Shown: positions 8,604 to 22,700 of the stretch, piece after piece
Numbering within the stretch: position 1 is the stretch's first letter
Layout: the number at the start of each line of letters is the position of its first letter
Source of the DNA: an uncultured bacterium
GTDB taxonomy: Bacteria > Chlamydiota > Chlamydiia > Chlamydiales > Parachlamydiaceae
Direction: 5' to 3'
Assembly: GCA_964460985.1 (NCBI GenBank)
Contig: CAYWQX010000005.1
Coordinates: forward strand, 26,987 to 90,986
Length of the DNA: 64,000 nucleotides
Made by a program: the position numbers and the translations under genes
Notes under the pieces: generated by a model
Seen by the model: the letters and a program-made list of their open reading frames with translations, nothing else
Told to the model about the DNA's origin: nothing
The model's database searches: none

Positions 8604-10739
8604 ATGCCACTTCAGATTCAAGAAAATAGCGAAGATTTAAATAAAATTTTACCTACTCTTCGTCAAGACGTCCAACTGATGGAAGGTCCGCCCGAACCGG
8701 ATGGATCTCCGACGTATAGTTTGTATGATCCTGTAAGAGCCTCTTACTTTAAAATTTCCTGGGCAGAGGCGGTTGTTTTTGAAAATTTGAAGTCGAATAT
8801 GAAAATGGCCGATTTAGTGCAGGCCATTAAAAAAAGATCTACCTTGCAAGTTACACCGGAATCGTTGAATGCCTTTTTTTTAGATGCCGAAAGGCTAGGT
8901 CTTCTTTCTTTAGGGCATGAATCCGAAGAATACATCAAGGAAGCCGAAGCCAGAAAGCAGGGATGGTTCATGTGGCTCATCATGCACTATCTTTATATTC
9001 AGATTCCTTTATTCCGCCCTGATAATTTCTTAACGAAAACAGTTAAATATGTAAGGCCTCTTTTTTCTAAATGGGCGATCGCTTTTTATGCCGTACTTCT
9101 TTTATCCGGGCTAGTTCTCCTGATCTCCCGATTTCATGAATATATTAATACTTTTACCTACTTTTTCACGTTCGGAGGATTTATAGCGTATGCGCTTGCT
9201 ATCTCCCTTGTGAAAGTCATACATGAATTTGCGCATGCGTATGTCTCTAAAAGTGTGGGGATTAGAGTCAGGCAGATGGGGGTTGCCCTAATTGTTTTTT
9301 GGCCGGTTTTATACACCGATGTAACCGATAGCTGGAGGCTCTCCTCAAGGCTGCAACGCTTTAAAATATCTTTTGCCGGGATTGCAGCCGAGCTTGTCAT
9401 CGCCTCGATTGCAACTTGGGGTTGGATCTTAACCGATCCGGGTATTCTCAATAGTATCTTTTTTGTGATCTCTTCGGTCACCTGGATTTCCACCCTTGCG
9501 GTGAACTTAAATCCTTCCATGCGCTTTGATGGATACTACCTTTTATGCGACCTCTGGGGAATTGACAACCTTCAATGGAGAGCGTTTGCCTACACCCGTT
9601 GGTTTTATCGAAAGTGGCTCCTAGGAATAGATATGCCTATGCCAGAGCCGCTGAGTACAAAAAGGCAGGTGGGTTTTTTAGTCTATAGTATTGTCACCTG
9701 GATATGGCGTCTCTCGCTATATATTTTTGTGGCTGTGTTCGTCTATTATAAATTTACAAAAACTCTGGGTATTTTCCTTTTTATACTTGAAATCGCCATC
9801 TTTATTCTGTGGCCTTTATGGGGCGAGATCTGCCAAGTATGGAAGCTGAAAGAGTTGATTCATCTCAACAAAAGGCTCTTAGCCACGCTGAGTGTACTAG
9901 CCCTTTTTCTCGCCTGGTTTACGATACCGCTTCCTCATTCCCAGACGTTTGTAGCGATCACAGCCCCCCGGGAAGAGCAGCAGGTTTATGCCCCTTACGA
10001 TGGAGTTATGCAAAAAATATATGTTGCAAGAGATCAGGTGGTTCAACCGGGAGATAAGCTCTTTGAGATGACCTCGTTTCCCCTCGAGAATAGAATCAAG
10101 ATATTAAAAGAAGATAAAGCCATGAAGGAGCGGGAAGTCATACTCGCTCAAATGAATCCACAAGACAGAGCGCTCATAAAAGAGAAAACGGCTGCTCTAA
10201 GACAATCGGAGAGCGAATTGAAAGCTTTACAGTCTCTAAAGCAAAACCTGACATTGTATGCGGAAATTGGAGGCGTTATCTACCAATATGATGAGTATAT
10301 CCATGAAGGGCAGCCTGTAAAAAAAGATACTGTTCTTGCTAGAATCTCCCCTTTAAATAAAGCGAGCGTCGATGCCTTTGTCCCTGAAACGGACGTGAAG
10401 AATTTAAAAGTGGGTCAAGAGGTCACTTTTTTTACACACAATTACCGTGAAAGCTATAAAGGGGTGATCTCCTCAATTATCCCTTCCCGCGATCAAGTCT
10501 TAAGCTATCCACAACTCTCTTCCCTTCATGGAGGGGAGCTTCCAACTACCCAAGAGTCTGAAACAAACCGCTTACTATTGGTAGAAAGCTATTATCAAGT
10601 GGAAGTGGATATCGATAATAACCCCCCTTACCGAATCGGCATGACAGGCTATATTGAAGTAAGAGGCGAAAGAATTTCTTACCTAGGTCATTTGCTGAAT
10701 TATTTAACTCGAATCTTCTACCGCGAAAGCACTCTCTGA
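8604..10739 (+). CDS. Site-2 protease (peptidase M50) membrane domain fused to a C-terminal HlyD-like adaptor domain
   Basis: HEFAHAYVSK (HExxH) and NLNPSMRFDGYY (the NxxPxxxxDG motif of M50) lie in a polytopic region. C-terminal APYDGVMQKIYVARDQVVQPGDKLFEM plus a coiled coil and AEIGGVIYQY match a HlyD fold. The start is uncertain; the next ATG is at 8679. Confidence 0.75.
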   Translation: MPLQIQENSEDLNKILPTLRQDVQLMEGPPEPDGSPTYSLYDPVRASYFKISWAEAVVFENLKSNMKMADLVQAIKKRSTLQVTPESLNAFFLDAERLGLLSLGHESEEYIKEAEARKQGWFMWLIMHYLYIQIPLFRPDNFLTKTVKYVRPLFSKWAIAFYAVLLLSGLVLLISRFHEYINTFTYFFTFGGFIAYALAISLVKVIHEFAHAYVSKSVGIRVRQMGVALIVFWPVLYTDVTDSWRLSSRLQRFKISFAGIAAELVIASIATWGWILTDPGILNSIFFVISSVTWISTLAVNLNPSMRFDGYYLLCDLWGIDNLQWRAFAYTRWFYRKWLLGIDMPMPEPLSTKRQVGFLVYSIVTWIWRLSLYIFVAVFVYYKFTKTLGIFLFILEIAIFILWPLWGEICQVWKLKELIHLNKRLLATLSVLALFLAWFTIPLPHSQTFVAITAPREEQQVYAPYDGVMQKIYVARDQVVQPGDKLFEMTSFPLENRIKILKEDKAMKEREVILAQMNPQDRALIKEKTAALRQSESELKALQSLKQNLTLYAEIGGVIYQYDEYIHEGQPVKKDTVLARISPLNKASVDAFVPETDVKNLKVGQEVTFFTHNYRESYKGVISSIIPSRDQVLSYPQLSSLHGGELPTTQESETNRLLLVESYYQVEVDIDNNPPYRIGMTGYIEVRGERISYLGHLLNYLTRIFYRESTL

Positions 10740-10789
10740 TTTATCAAGCGGATACCTCCGAATACTTTAAAAAAAACGGCATCCAATTT

Positions 10790-13700
10790 TTACTTTGGCG
10801 GTTTAGTTTGAGAGGCCTTTTTCAAAGCTTCAAGCACAAGGTTGGTTGACGTATCTCCTTCTGTGCTTTCAAAACTGGAGATCCCTTCCGGAAGATCGGC
10901 AGGATCCATGGTAATCGCAATCGCAGCTACCGTATTGACGATTTTATCATTGTCTGGAGCGTTAAGACCGTCATTTTGGGAGCTTGGAACCGCGTTTTCT
11001 TTTTCATGTTTCACAACCATTTGAGACATGGCGGCAAGGGGTGTAACGTTACTGAAAGTGACGGCTCCCTGAGTCATTTTTCCGATATAGGCTAAAGCTT
11101 CATCAACCCCTTTGGCAATGAAAGGTTCTTGAATAGCATTGGTAGCATTATGAGAGCTTCGAATATCGACGGTTACATGCTGGATGATTACGATACCATT
11201 GATTTGGATTGAATAGACGAAGGAATCTTTTCCAATATATCCAGGAGTTGATTGGTATTTCCATCCGGTCTCTTGAGAAATCTCACCGTGAACGGGCTTA
11301 GTAATGAGTTTAATTGAAGGAGCGCCCGCTTCGTTAAGGGCAGGTATTTGTATGTCTTGCAGCTTCACCACCGTATTTTTAGGCTGTACAATATCAGGAA
11401 TCGTAGAAATGATTCCGTTTCTTGTTTCATCTAGCGTGACAAATTCTACTTTTGGAGTGAGGGAAATGTTTAAAGAGAGAGGATTATTGGCAGCTGTTTG
11501 AATCACATTTAAAGTTATCGTGTGAACTTCGCTATCACCATTCCCATCGGTCACTTTATAAGTAAAAGTGTCAACGCCGGAGAAATTAGCATTCGGAGTA
11601 TATCTGAAGGAGCCATCCGTATACAAAATTAAAATCCCATTTTTAGGCTGTTCGACAAGAATGGATTGTAGAGGATTATTCTCCACATCGGAGCTGCCGG
11701 ATAAAAGTCCTATCTCGCTCGATACTTGCAGCTGATTACCCGATACAAAGCTATAGGATTTATCGGTTGCTAGGGGAGCATCGTTGATAGGATGGATGGT
11801 TAGAGCGATCGTATCGCTTGCTGAAAGCATCGCATCGGTAGAGAGTTCTTGTGTTTGAATAGAAATGACCGCCGATCCATTGTAGTTGGCAGTTGGATCA
11901 AATTTTAATCCATTTAAAGCTTGGTTGATATCTTGAATAGAACCTGTAATCTCCATCACGCTATCGCCGGTTCCGCTGCCGGTTAATAAGGTGAGCCCTT
12001 GAAGAGTTGATAAAGTCAGCTTTCCATGAGTGGAAATCAAAGTGACTTTATAATCGCCGGTTAGGCCATCGATATCCGTGATCTGGATTTGATTGCCGTT
12101 AGCTTGGGAGAAGATAAGAGAGGTATCTTCATTGATAGTTTGAGCAGCTGGAATGAGATTAACCGGAGTATCATTCACACTCTCTAGATGAATCGAAATC
12201 GATTTGAGAGTACTTTTGTCTCCGTCATCGGTACGTATATTGAGAAGGATATCTCCATTATAGTTCGCATCGGCTCTAAAGGTCAGTCCATTTAGGGCTT
12301 TATTGATATCTTGAGTAGATCCTCTGATCGCAAGATTTCCCGCCGTGTTATCTAAAATAGTGATTCCGTCTAAACTGCCGAGAGTCAATGTGCCGGATCC
12401 TACAGATAACGTAACGGTAAGGATAGGATTGTCGATATCTTCGACATATATAGGATTTTGAGTCGCATCCGAGAAGACAAGAGGTGTGTCTTCATTGCTT
12501 GACTGCGGTCCCGGTACCTGAAGAGTGGGTGCATCATTCACTTGGTTTACATCGATAGGAATAAATTTCTGAGTGGTCATATCGCCATCGTTTGCCGTGA
12601 ATTCCATGGTCGTAGATCCGTTGAAGTTTAAGCCGGGAGTAAATAGAAGGCCATTTAAAGCTTGGTTGATAGAAAAAGCTGTACCGCTAAAGATAAGGGT
12701 AGAATCGTTAGTTCCTGTTCCCTGTATGAAGGTAAGCCCTTCAAGACCGCTTAAAGTGATTTTTCCATCTGGGGCAGATAAAGTGACTGTTAGGGTTGTA
12801 TTATCTATGTCATTTACTTGTAGCGCATTGCCATTTTCTTGAGAGAAGACAATTCCCGTATCCTCTAAAGTGCTTTGAGTGGATGGAACTTGCGAAGTCG
12901 GCTGATCGTTAATCGGACTGATCTGAATATTGATGGTTTTGGTTTCAGAAAGGTTTTGATCAGACACGGTCACTTGGATCGCTGCAGATCCATTGTAGTC
13001 TTTGGTTGGAATAAATTTTAAGCCATCTAATGCCAGATTGATATCTGCTGTATTCCCTGTAAATGTCATCGTTGAATCGTTAGATCCTGTGCCTGCACTA
13101 AAGTGGATGCCTGATACTTGACTTAAAACGAGTGTTCCATTGGAAGCACTAAGGGTAACCGTTACTTCAGAGCTATCGATGTCCTGCACAATGATCGCAT
13201 TCGAGTTTTCGGGCGAGAAAATAAGGGTGGTATCTTCCTGAACTGCTTGTAAGGAGGGTATAATGCTGAAAGGGGCATCGTTCACAGCGTTTACGTGAAT
13301 ATTGATAAGACCTGTATCGGTTAAAGAGCCGTCTGTGGTGGTGACTGAAAGAGAGGCGGATCCTTCAAAGTCAGGATTTGCGTTAAATGCAAGCCCATTG
13401 AGTGCTGTATTGATAGCTAAAAGAGAGCCGCTAAAGGTCATTGTACTGTCTAGTGTTCCATCTCCTTTTGTAAAGGTAAGGCCTGAAAGTCCATTCAGGG
13501 TGAGAAGCCCGTTGGTTGAGGTTAAGGTGACAGTGACTGATGAAGAATCAATATCTAGTACTGAAATGGCATTTCCATTTGAAGTTGAGAATATAAGGGA
13601 TACATCCTCATTAACCGATTGGCTTTGTGGAAGAGATTGTACAGGTTGATCATTTTGAGCGGTCACATCGATTAAGATAGTGGAAATATCCTCTAAAGCT

Positions 13701-16700
13701 CCATCCTCCGTCGTTATTTGGATCTGAGCAGGTCCATTGTAATCTTGAACAGGATCAAATGTTAATCCATTTAACGCCAGATTAACAGCCTCTTTAGAGC
13801 CGCTGATTCTCATCGTTTGATCGGAAATTCCATCGCCCGCTATAAAGGTAAGCCCCGTGGTACCCGCTAGCGTGAGAAGACCATTTTGTGCGGTGAGTGT
13901 CACTGTGATTACGGGAGAGTCCACGTCATTTATCGTGATCGCATTCAAATGACTGCTAGAGAATACGAGAGTTTGATCTTCTTGAACGATCTGTGAAACG
14001 GGGATCGTATTGATCGGAGCATCATTCACGGCATTAATGGTGATATCAATCGATGAGAGGGTGCTTAAATTTCCATCATCAGATGTGATTTGAAGCGATG
14101 TAGTTCCATTGTAATTCAAATCAGGATTGAACTTTAGTCCGCTTAAAGCTTGATTCACCGATTCGAGCGTTCCACTAAAAGTCATTGTAGATGAGTCATT
14201 TTGTCCATTGACAAAGGTTAAACCTTGCGTGCCGTTCAGAGTGATTGAACCATGCTGGGTAGCAAGTTGGATCGTCACTTCATCCGAGTCGATGTCGGAT
14301 ACATTAATAGGTATCACAATAGATGTATCTTCATTCGTTACCTGAGGTCCCGGTATTTGATGAACCGGGGCGTCATTGACCGCGTTAACTTGGATGTTGA
14401 TATGGTCTACATCTGTGAACTCTCCGTCGCTAGTAGAAATTTGAAGGCTGCTCGAGCCGTTAAAGTTTCTATTTGGAAGGAATTCAAGGCCCTCTAAGGC
14501 CCTGTTAATGTCTTCCTTACTTCCTGTAAACGTCATGGTGTTATCAGAATATCCATCACCTGCCGTGAAAGTAAGACCTGTAATTCCGTTAAGAGTCAAA
14601 GATCCGTTGGTAGCTGTAAGGGTCACCGTGATCGATGGATTGTCCACATCGCTTAAACTAATTGCATTAGAATTTTGCTGAGAGAAAATAAGGGGCGTAT
14701 CCTCATTCACAGTTTGCGCTGAAGGAACTGTATTAACAGGGTGATCATTGACCGCATGGACTGAGATATTCACCTGGCTTGTCTCTGTAAGAGAGCCGTC
14801 GTTTGTAATGATTTGAATGGAGGCAGATCCGTTGTAGTTACTATCGGGTAGGAAGCGAAGGCCTTCTAGAGCTTGGTTAATATCAGCAAGAGTGCCGCTA
14901 AAGGTCATGCTCGTATTATTTAATCCGTCGCCTACAGTGAAGTTTAGCCCCTCGAGAGAATTTAAGGAGAGGGTTCCGTTAGCCGCATTTAATGTAACAG
15001 TGACGATCGGACTATCGATATCTATGATTGATATTGCATTGGCATTAGCACTTGAAAAGATAAGCGGAGTGTCTTCAGATACGATTTGGGCGACCGGTAC
15101 ATTATTAACCGGCGAGTCATTCACGGCATTTACAGATAGGTTAATATTTTTTATGTCTGTCAGAGTTCCATCGGAAGAAACGACTTGAATTAAGCTAGAA
15201 CCGTTGTAGTCAGAAGAGGGTGCAAACACTAAACCATCAAGGGCAAGGTTAATATCCGATGGACTTCCTTTAAAGGTCATGGTGCTATCGGAGAGTCCAT
15301 CTCCTTCAATAAAGGTAAGATGAGTAATACCGTTTAAAGTTAAGGAACCGTTAGTCGCAGTCAAAGTGACGGTCCATTCAGAGCTGTCGATATCAGTGAT
15401 TGAAATCAAGTTGGAATTGGCAGAAGAGAAAACAAGCTCACTATCTTCGTTTACTACTTGAGCAACAGGAACGCTGATCACAGGACTGTCATTTACCGGA
15501 GTTACCGTAATATTAATATTGCTTGTATCGGTCAAGGTTCCATCGGATGTGATGATTTGTATCGAGCTTGGACCATTATAGTCCTGATCCGGCATATACT
15601 GTAGACCGTCCAACGCTCGATTGATGGCAGACAAACTTCCGCTAAATGTCATCGTGCTGTCCGATATTCCATCTCCGGATAGAAAGGTAAGCCCTTCGAT
15701 TCCACTGAGAGTGAGATTTCCGTTAGATGCGCTTAAAGTGACTGTAACAGCTAGGCTATCCACATCCTCTAAAGTGATGGCATTTAAGTTCGCCGAAGAG
15801 AAGATTAAAGCTGTATCTTCATTGACAATCTGCGCCTGAGGAACTTGGTTAAAAGGAGTGTCATTGACAGGAAGAACTGTGATGTTAAGGAGTTGAGTGT
15901 CGGTTAATGATCCGTCTGTGGAGACAATTTCAATCGAACTAGATCCATTGTAATTTGAAAGGGGCATGAAACTTAAGCCATTTAAGGCTGTATTGATAGC
16001 CGTGAGGCTTCCGCTAAATGTCATCGTACTATCGGATATTCCATCTCCGACTGTAAAGGTAAGGCCTAAAATACCGCTTAATGAAAGTGTGCCGTGAGTC
16101 GAAGTTAATGTGACAGTTAACTCAGAGCTATCCACATCGCTTAAAGAGATTGCATTCGAATGAGCGGTAGAGAAAATAAGGGCCGTATCTTCAGAAACGA
16201 CCTGGGCTGCAGGCAGATTATTGATTGGGGTGTCGTTAACAGCCTCTACCTGAATATTGACTAAGCTAGTATCGGTGAGTGTCCCATCGTTTGTAGTAAT
16301 TTGCAGAGTAGAAAATCCATTATAATTTGTCTCAGGAGTAAATTGAAGGCCATTTAACGCGGCGTTAACGTTAGCTTGAGAGCCGCTAAAGGTCATAGTA
16401 CTATCGTCGGCCCCTTTGCCATTAATAAAAGTAAGTCCTGTTAACTGGCTGAGTGTGAGCGATCCGTTAGTAGCAGTAATTGTAATAGTTACGATAGGGC
16501 TATCTACATCTTTAATCTGAATTGAATTGGAGTTCAAAGAGGAGAAGACAAGGGTTCCATCTTCAACGACTGATTGGGCAACAGGAACCAAATTAAAAGG
16601 TGCATCGTTTACAGGGTTTATGATGATATTGATATTACCCGTATCGCTTAAAAATCCATCGGTCGTAGTCATTTGAATGGAAGCTGAACCATGATAATTT

Positions 16701-19700
16701 TCATTTGGATTAAATCTTAATCCATTTAAGGCGGTGTTAATATCCTCTCTTGTTCCCGTGAAAGTCATTGTAGTATCAGATGCGCCATCTCCGATCGCAA
16801 ACTGAAGATCGTTCATCTGACTTAATGTGAGCGATCCGTTAGTGGCAGTTAAGGTTACAGTAAGAACCGGGCTATCGATATCGGCAACTTGTACTGTTCC
16901 AGCGAATAGAAGAGGGGTATCTTCATCCGTTGTTTCAAGCGTGGGGAGTATTTGAATAGGATTGTCATTCACAGGTGTGATATGGATATTGATATTACCT
17001 GTATCGGTGAGATCCCCGTCTTGGGTCATGATCTGGATGGAAGCAGACCCGTGATAGTTTTCTTGTCCCAGGAACTCAAGTCCGTTTAAAGCACTGTTTA
17101 TGTCTCTTTGCGTACCTGTGAAAGTCATCGTCGTATCAGATGCGCCGTCTCCTTCAGTGAAGAAAAGCCCTGCGATTTGACTTAAAGATAAAGTTCCATG
17201 GGTAGCGGTCAAGGTGACCGTCACAAGGGGGCTGTCGACATCGCTGATCGATAGGGTTCCAGGGAAAACTAAAGGAGTATCTTCACTCACTACCTGAGCT
17301 ACAGGAAGATTATTGATAGGGGCATCATTGACAGGTGTGATATGAATATTGATCGAATCGCTATCGGTCAGAGCGCCGTCATAAGTTGTGATTTGGAGAC
17401 TGCTAGAGCCTGTATAATTTTCTTTACCCAGAAACTTAAGACCATTTAAAGCGGTATTAATGTCAGCTTGAGTGCCTAAGAAGGTCATCGTTTCATCGGA
17501 AACTCCATCTCCTGAAGTAAACGTAAGACCGCTTGTTCCATTCAAGGTGATGTCTCCGTTAGTGGCAGTCAGAGTCACGGTAACGATAGGGCTATCAACA
17601 TCATTAATTGAAATTTGATTGGAAAAGACAGAGGAGAATGTCAGTATACTATCTTCGTTGATGACCTGAGCGACAGGAACTGAATTGATGGGAGAATCAT
17701 TCACAGGATTTACAGTGATATTAACCGTCTCGGAATCGGTAAGAGTCCCATCCGTAGTTGAAATATGGAGAGAAGCTTCACCATTAAAGTCCTTATTTGC
17801 CAAGAAAACAAGCCCGTTTAGCGCATGATTGATATCAGAGGATGCGCCCGAGAAGGTCATTGTTGTATCGAAAGTGCCATCGCCTACAGTAAAGCTCAGA
17901 CCTGCAACTGAGCTTAAGGAAAGAGCCCCTTGAGTGGCCGTTAAAGTGACGGTCAATAGGGAGTTATCAACGTCTGCAATCGAAATCGCATTCGACTGGC
18001 TTTGTGAGAAAATAAGAGGGGTATCTTCATCCACCATTTGAGCGACCGGTACCGTATTCAAAGGAGCGTCATTTACGGGAGTAATGGTGATGTTTATATT
18101 GTCTATATCGGTTAACTCTCCATCAGATGTAATGATTTGTACACTCGCGGATCCGTTATAATCGCTCACGCCTAAGAATTTCATGCCGTTTAAAGCATTA
18201 TTAATATTTGTAGAGCTTCCTGAGAATGTCATGGAACTGTCGGAAGTTCCATCGCCTGTTATAAAGGTTAAGCCGGTGATTTGGCTTAAGGTAAGAGTGC
18301 CGTTATTCGCATTCAAGGTGACAGTAAGCTCGCTATTATCTACATCCGCCACAGAGATTAAATTGGAACCTGTGAAAAATAAGGGAGTTTCTTCACTGAT
18401 GCTTAAGGAGGCGGGGACTGTATTGAAGGGCTGATCATTGATAGCATTAATAGCGATATTGATGTTGTCAGTGTCGATTAACTCTCCATCGGTTGTCACG
18501 ATTTGGATTGAAGCAGGACCATTATAATTGGATATCGGAGTATATTGCAGCCCATCGAGAGCCGTATTGATGAATTCTTTTGTGCCGCTGAAAGTCATAG
18601 CGGTGTCAGATACCCCATCACCTGCTTGGAAGGTTAATCCGGAGGTCGAAGAAAGGGTAAGAAAGCCGTTTGTGGTTGTCAGAGTCACCGTGACATTAGC
18701 GTTATCCACATCGTTAATCGTAATCGCATTCGATGTCGCTTGAGAGAATACGAGCGTTGAATCCTCATTCATAACTTGAGCAACCGGTACGCGGTTATAT
18801 GGAGTATCATTCACAGGATTGATAGTAATATTTACACTCGACGTATCGGTCATGAATCCGTCTGTAGAATTGATTTGAACGCTTGCCGATCCGTTATAAT
18901 TTTCGCGTCCGATGAATTTTAATCCATTCAAGGCTTGGTTAATAGCGCTTTGGCTGCCGCTAAATGTCATACTTTCATCATTTGTTCCGCTGCCTCTTAA
19001 GAAGGTAAGACCCGTAATGCCATTTAACGATAAATGGCCGTTAGTAGAGGTTAAGGTTACGGTAACGGTCACGTTATCCACATCCGATACCGTGATTGCG
19101 TTCGAATGGACGGACGAGAAAATAAGCGGAGTATCTTCATCCACCACTTGGGCCTGAGGCACAAGATTGATAGGAGTATCATTGACCGGATTAATGGTGA
19201 TGTTGATGTTATCGATATCCGTTAAAGATCCATCGTTTGTAATTATTTGGATGCTTGCAGATCCATTATAATCGGTAGACCCAAGGAATTTAAGACCATT
19301 TAAAGCCTGATTAATAGCTGATGGAGTGCCTGTAAAGGTCATAGTACTATCGGACAGGCCATCTCCGTCGCTAAAACTAAGCCCGGAGATCCCGCTTAAG
19401 CTTAAAACACCATGGGTCGCGGTAAGGGTGACTGTTACGGTTGGACTATCGATATCCATTAAGGTGATCGCATTCGAATGGATCGATGAGAAGACTAATT
19501 CTGTATCTTCGTTGATAAATTGAGCTTGAGGTACCTGGTTAATCGGGACGTCATTCACAGGTATAACTAAAATATTTACTGAATCTATATCGGTAAGGCT
19601 GCCATCCTGAGTGATCATCTGCAGGCTTGCAGAGCCATTATAATTTTCAGCCGGGGTAAATTGAAGCCCTTCCAAAGCGGCATTAATATCGTTTTGGTTC

Positions 19701-22700
19701 CCGCTAAAGGTCACTGTTTGATCTGACTCACCATCGCCCTGACTAAAGGTAAGTCCACTGATTCCACTTAAACTAATCAAACCATTGGTAGCATTTAGTG
19801 TAACTGTAACTACAGGACTATCTATATCCGTCAAACGAAGAGCATTACCATTTGCCTGTGAGAAAATAAGAGGAGTGTCTTCATTTACTGTTTGAGCGAC
19901 CGGAACTTGATTGAAGGGAGCGTCATTGATTGGATTAATCGTGATATTCACATTGTCAATATCACTTAAGATCCCGTCGGTTGTTATCATTTGAACGGAA
20001 GCGGGTCCGTTATAATTACTATTTGGGATAAATGATAGTCCGTTTAATGCACGATTAATAGCGGCTTGAGTTCCGTTAAAGGTCATGGTGCTATCAGACT
20101 CTCCGTCACCTGCTGTAAAGATAAGCCCAGTAGTGCCGTTTAATGAGATAGACCCGTTCGTTGCAGTTAGGGTGACGGTGATACTCTCGTTATCGATATC
20201 ATTCACAGCGAGAGCATTTGAGTTGGCTGTAGAGAAGACAAGCGCGGTATCTTCATTGACCACTTGAGCGACAGGAACCGTATTCAATGGAGTATCATTG
20301 ACTGGGTTTACCGTGATGTTAATGCTATGTATATCTGTTAAGGAGCCGTCGGTTGTTATGATTTGAACCGAAGCAGAGCCGTTATAATTCGAATTAGGCA
20401 GGAATGAAAGACCATTTAAAGCAGTATTGATAGCGGTTTGAGTCCCACTGAAGGTCATCGTTCCATCAGAGGTTCCATCCCCTGCGATAAAGGTAAGGCC
20501 TGTCGTTCCATTTAAGGTAAGATCTCCATTGGTAGCTGTCAGAGTAACTGTGACCGTGCTACTATCTACGTCGCTTAAAGAGATTGCATTAGAATTAGCA
20601 GTCGAGAAAATAAGCGCTGTATCTTCATTCACGACTTGGGCAACAGGGACAGAATTGATCGGAGAATCATTTACAGGATTTATAGTAATACTAATCGTAT
20701 CGCTGTCTGTAAGTGATCCATCGGTCGTGACGACTTGTATTGAAGCTGATCCATTATAATTTGCGGTTGGTATAAACTGCAGGCCGTTTAGAGCTGTGTT
20801 AATAGCTGCTTGAGTGCCTGTAAAGGTCATCGTCCCGTCTGAGGTTCCATTGCCTGTTTCGAAGGTAAGCCCGGTTAAGCTTCCCAAACTAAGAATACCA
20901 TTTGTAGCGGTGAGAGTGACCGTTACAGATACACTATCAACGTCAGATATCGTGATGGCATTTGAATTAGCGCTTGAGAAGATAAGCGCGGTATCCTCAT
21001 TCGTGATTTGCGCGACGGGAATGGTGTTAATCGGAGTATCATTCACCGCATGCACAGTGATATTGATATTATCGGTATCTGTTAGTGAACCATCCGTTGT
21101 GACAATTTGAACCGAAGCCGATCCGTTGTAGTTTGAGTTCGGTAAGAAAGTAAGTCCATTTAAAGCGGCATTGATATTTGTTTGAGTACCGGTAAAGGTC
21201 ATTGTAGAGTCTGAAATCCCGTCGCCGGCTGTAAAAGTAAGACCCGTAGTACGACTTAATGTGAGAGCCCCGTTTGTAGCAGTGAGGGTAACTGTAACGG
21301 ATGTGCTATCCACATCATTTATCGAAATATTTCCGTTAAATATGAGAGGGGTATCTTCGCTTACGGTTTGAGCTTCAGGTACTGTATTGATCGGTGTATC
21401 ATTCACCGCATTGACGGTGATATTGATGTTATCGGTATCGGTAATTGAACCATCGTTCGTTACAATTTGAACAGACGCCGATCCGTTATAGTTAGCCGTT
21501 GGACTGAATTGAAGACCATTTAGAGCGGTATTGATAGCGGTTTGAGTGCCGGAGAAAGTCATCATTTCGTCGGAGGTTCCATCGCCCACTGTAAAGGTAA
21601 GGCCTGCCGTACCGTTTAAGGTAAGGGCTCCATTCGTAGCCGATAGAGTAACTATGACGATCGTGTTATCTACGTCGTTTAAGGAGATCGCATTGGAATT
21701 AGCATTTGAAAAGACAAGGGTAGTATCTTCATTCACCACTTGAGCGACCGGTACACTGTTAACGGGAGCGTCATTCACTGCGTTGACGGTGATATTAATG
21801 TTGTCGGTATCGGTAATTGAACCATCGTTCGTTACAATTTGAACAGACGCCGATCCGTTATAGTTAGCCGTTGGACTGAATTGAAGACCGTTTAAAGCCT
21901 GGTTGATCGCAGACTGAATGCCAGTAAAGGTCATGGTGCTATCGGAAGCACCATCGCCATTCGTGAAGATAAGCCCCGTCGTTCCATTTAAGGTAAGGAC
22001 TCCATTCGTAGCAGTTAAGGTGACGGTAACGGTCGTGTTATCTACGTCGTCTAAAGAAATGGCATTGGAGTTGGCTGTCGAGAAGATAAGCGGTGTATCT
22101 TCATTTACGACTTGAGCGACGGGGACGCAATTTACAGGAGCATCGTTCACCGCATTAACGGTGATATTGATGTTATCGGTATCGGTAATTGAACCATCGT
22201 TCGTTATAATTTGAAGAGAGGCTGAGCCGTTATAGTTAGCCGTCGGGATGAACTGAAGACCATTTAGAGCGGTGTTGATCGCTGTTTGAGTCCCACTGAA
22301 GGTCATCGTTCCATCGGAGGTTCCATCGCCCGCGGTAAAGGTAAGGCCTGTCGTTCCGTTTAAGGTAAGAGCGCCATTGGTAGCGGTTAAGGTGACGGAA
22401 ACGGTTGTATTATCGATATCATTAATAGAGATTGAATTGGAATTAACTGTCGAGAAGATAAGCGGTGTGTCTTCATTGACGACTTGAGCGACGGGGACGC
22501 TATTTACAGGAGCATCGTTCACCGCATTAACGGTGATATTGATGTTATCGGTATCGGTAATTGAACCATCGTTCGTTATAATTTGAAGAGAGGCTGAGCC
22601 GTTATAGTTAGCCGTCGGGATGAACTGAAGACCATTTAGAGCGGTGTTGATCGCTGTTTGAGTCCCACTGAAGGTCATCGTTCCATCGGAGGTTCCATCG

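Noticed and set aside
8554-8679. Head-to-head overlapping start codons at 8604(+)/8605(-) as a special regulatory arrangement
   Set aside because: This is most likely an artefact of taking the longest ORFs. The minus-strand gene has a better start at 8554 (signal-anchor N-terminus, purine-rich RBS). The remaining intergenic region is still short, but I cannot support anything unusual from sequence alone.
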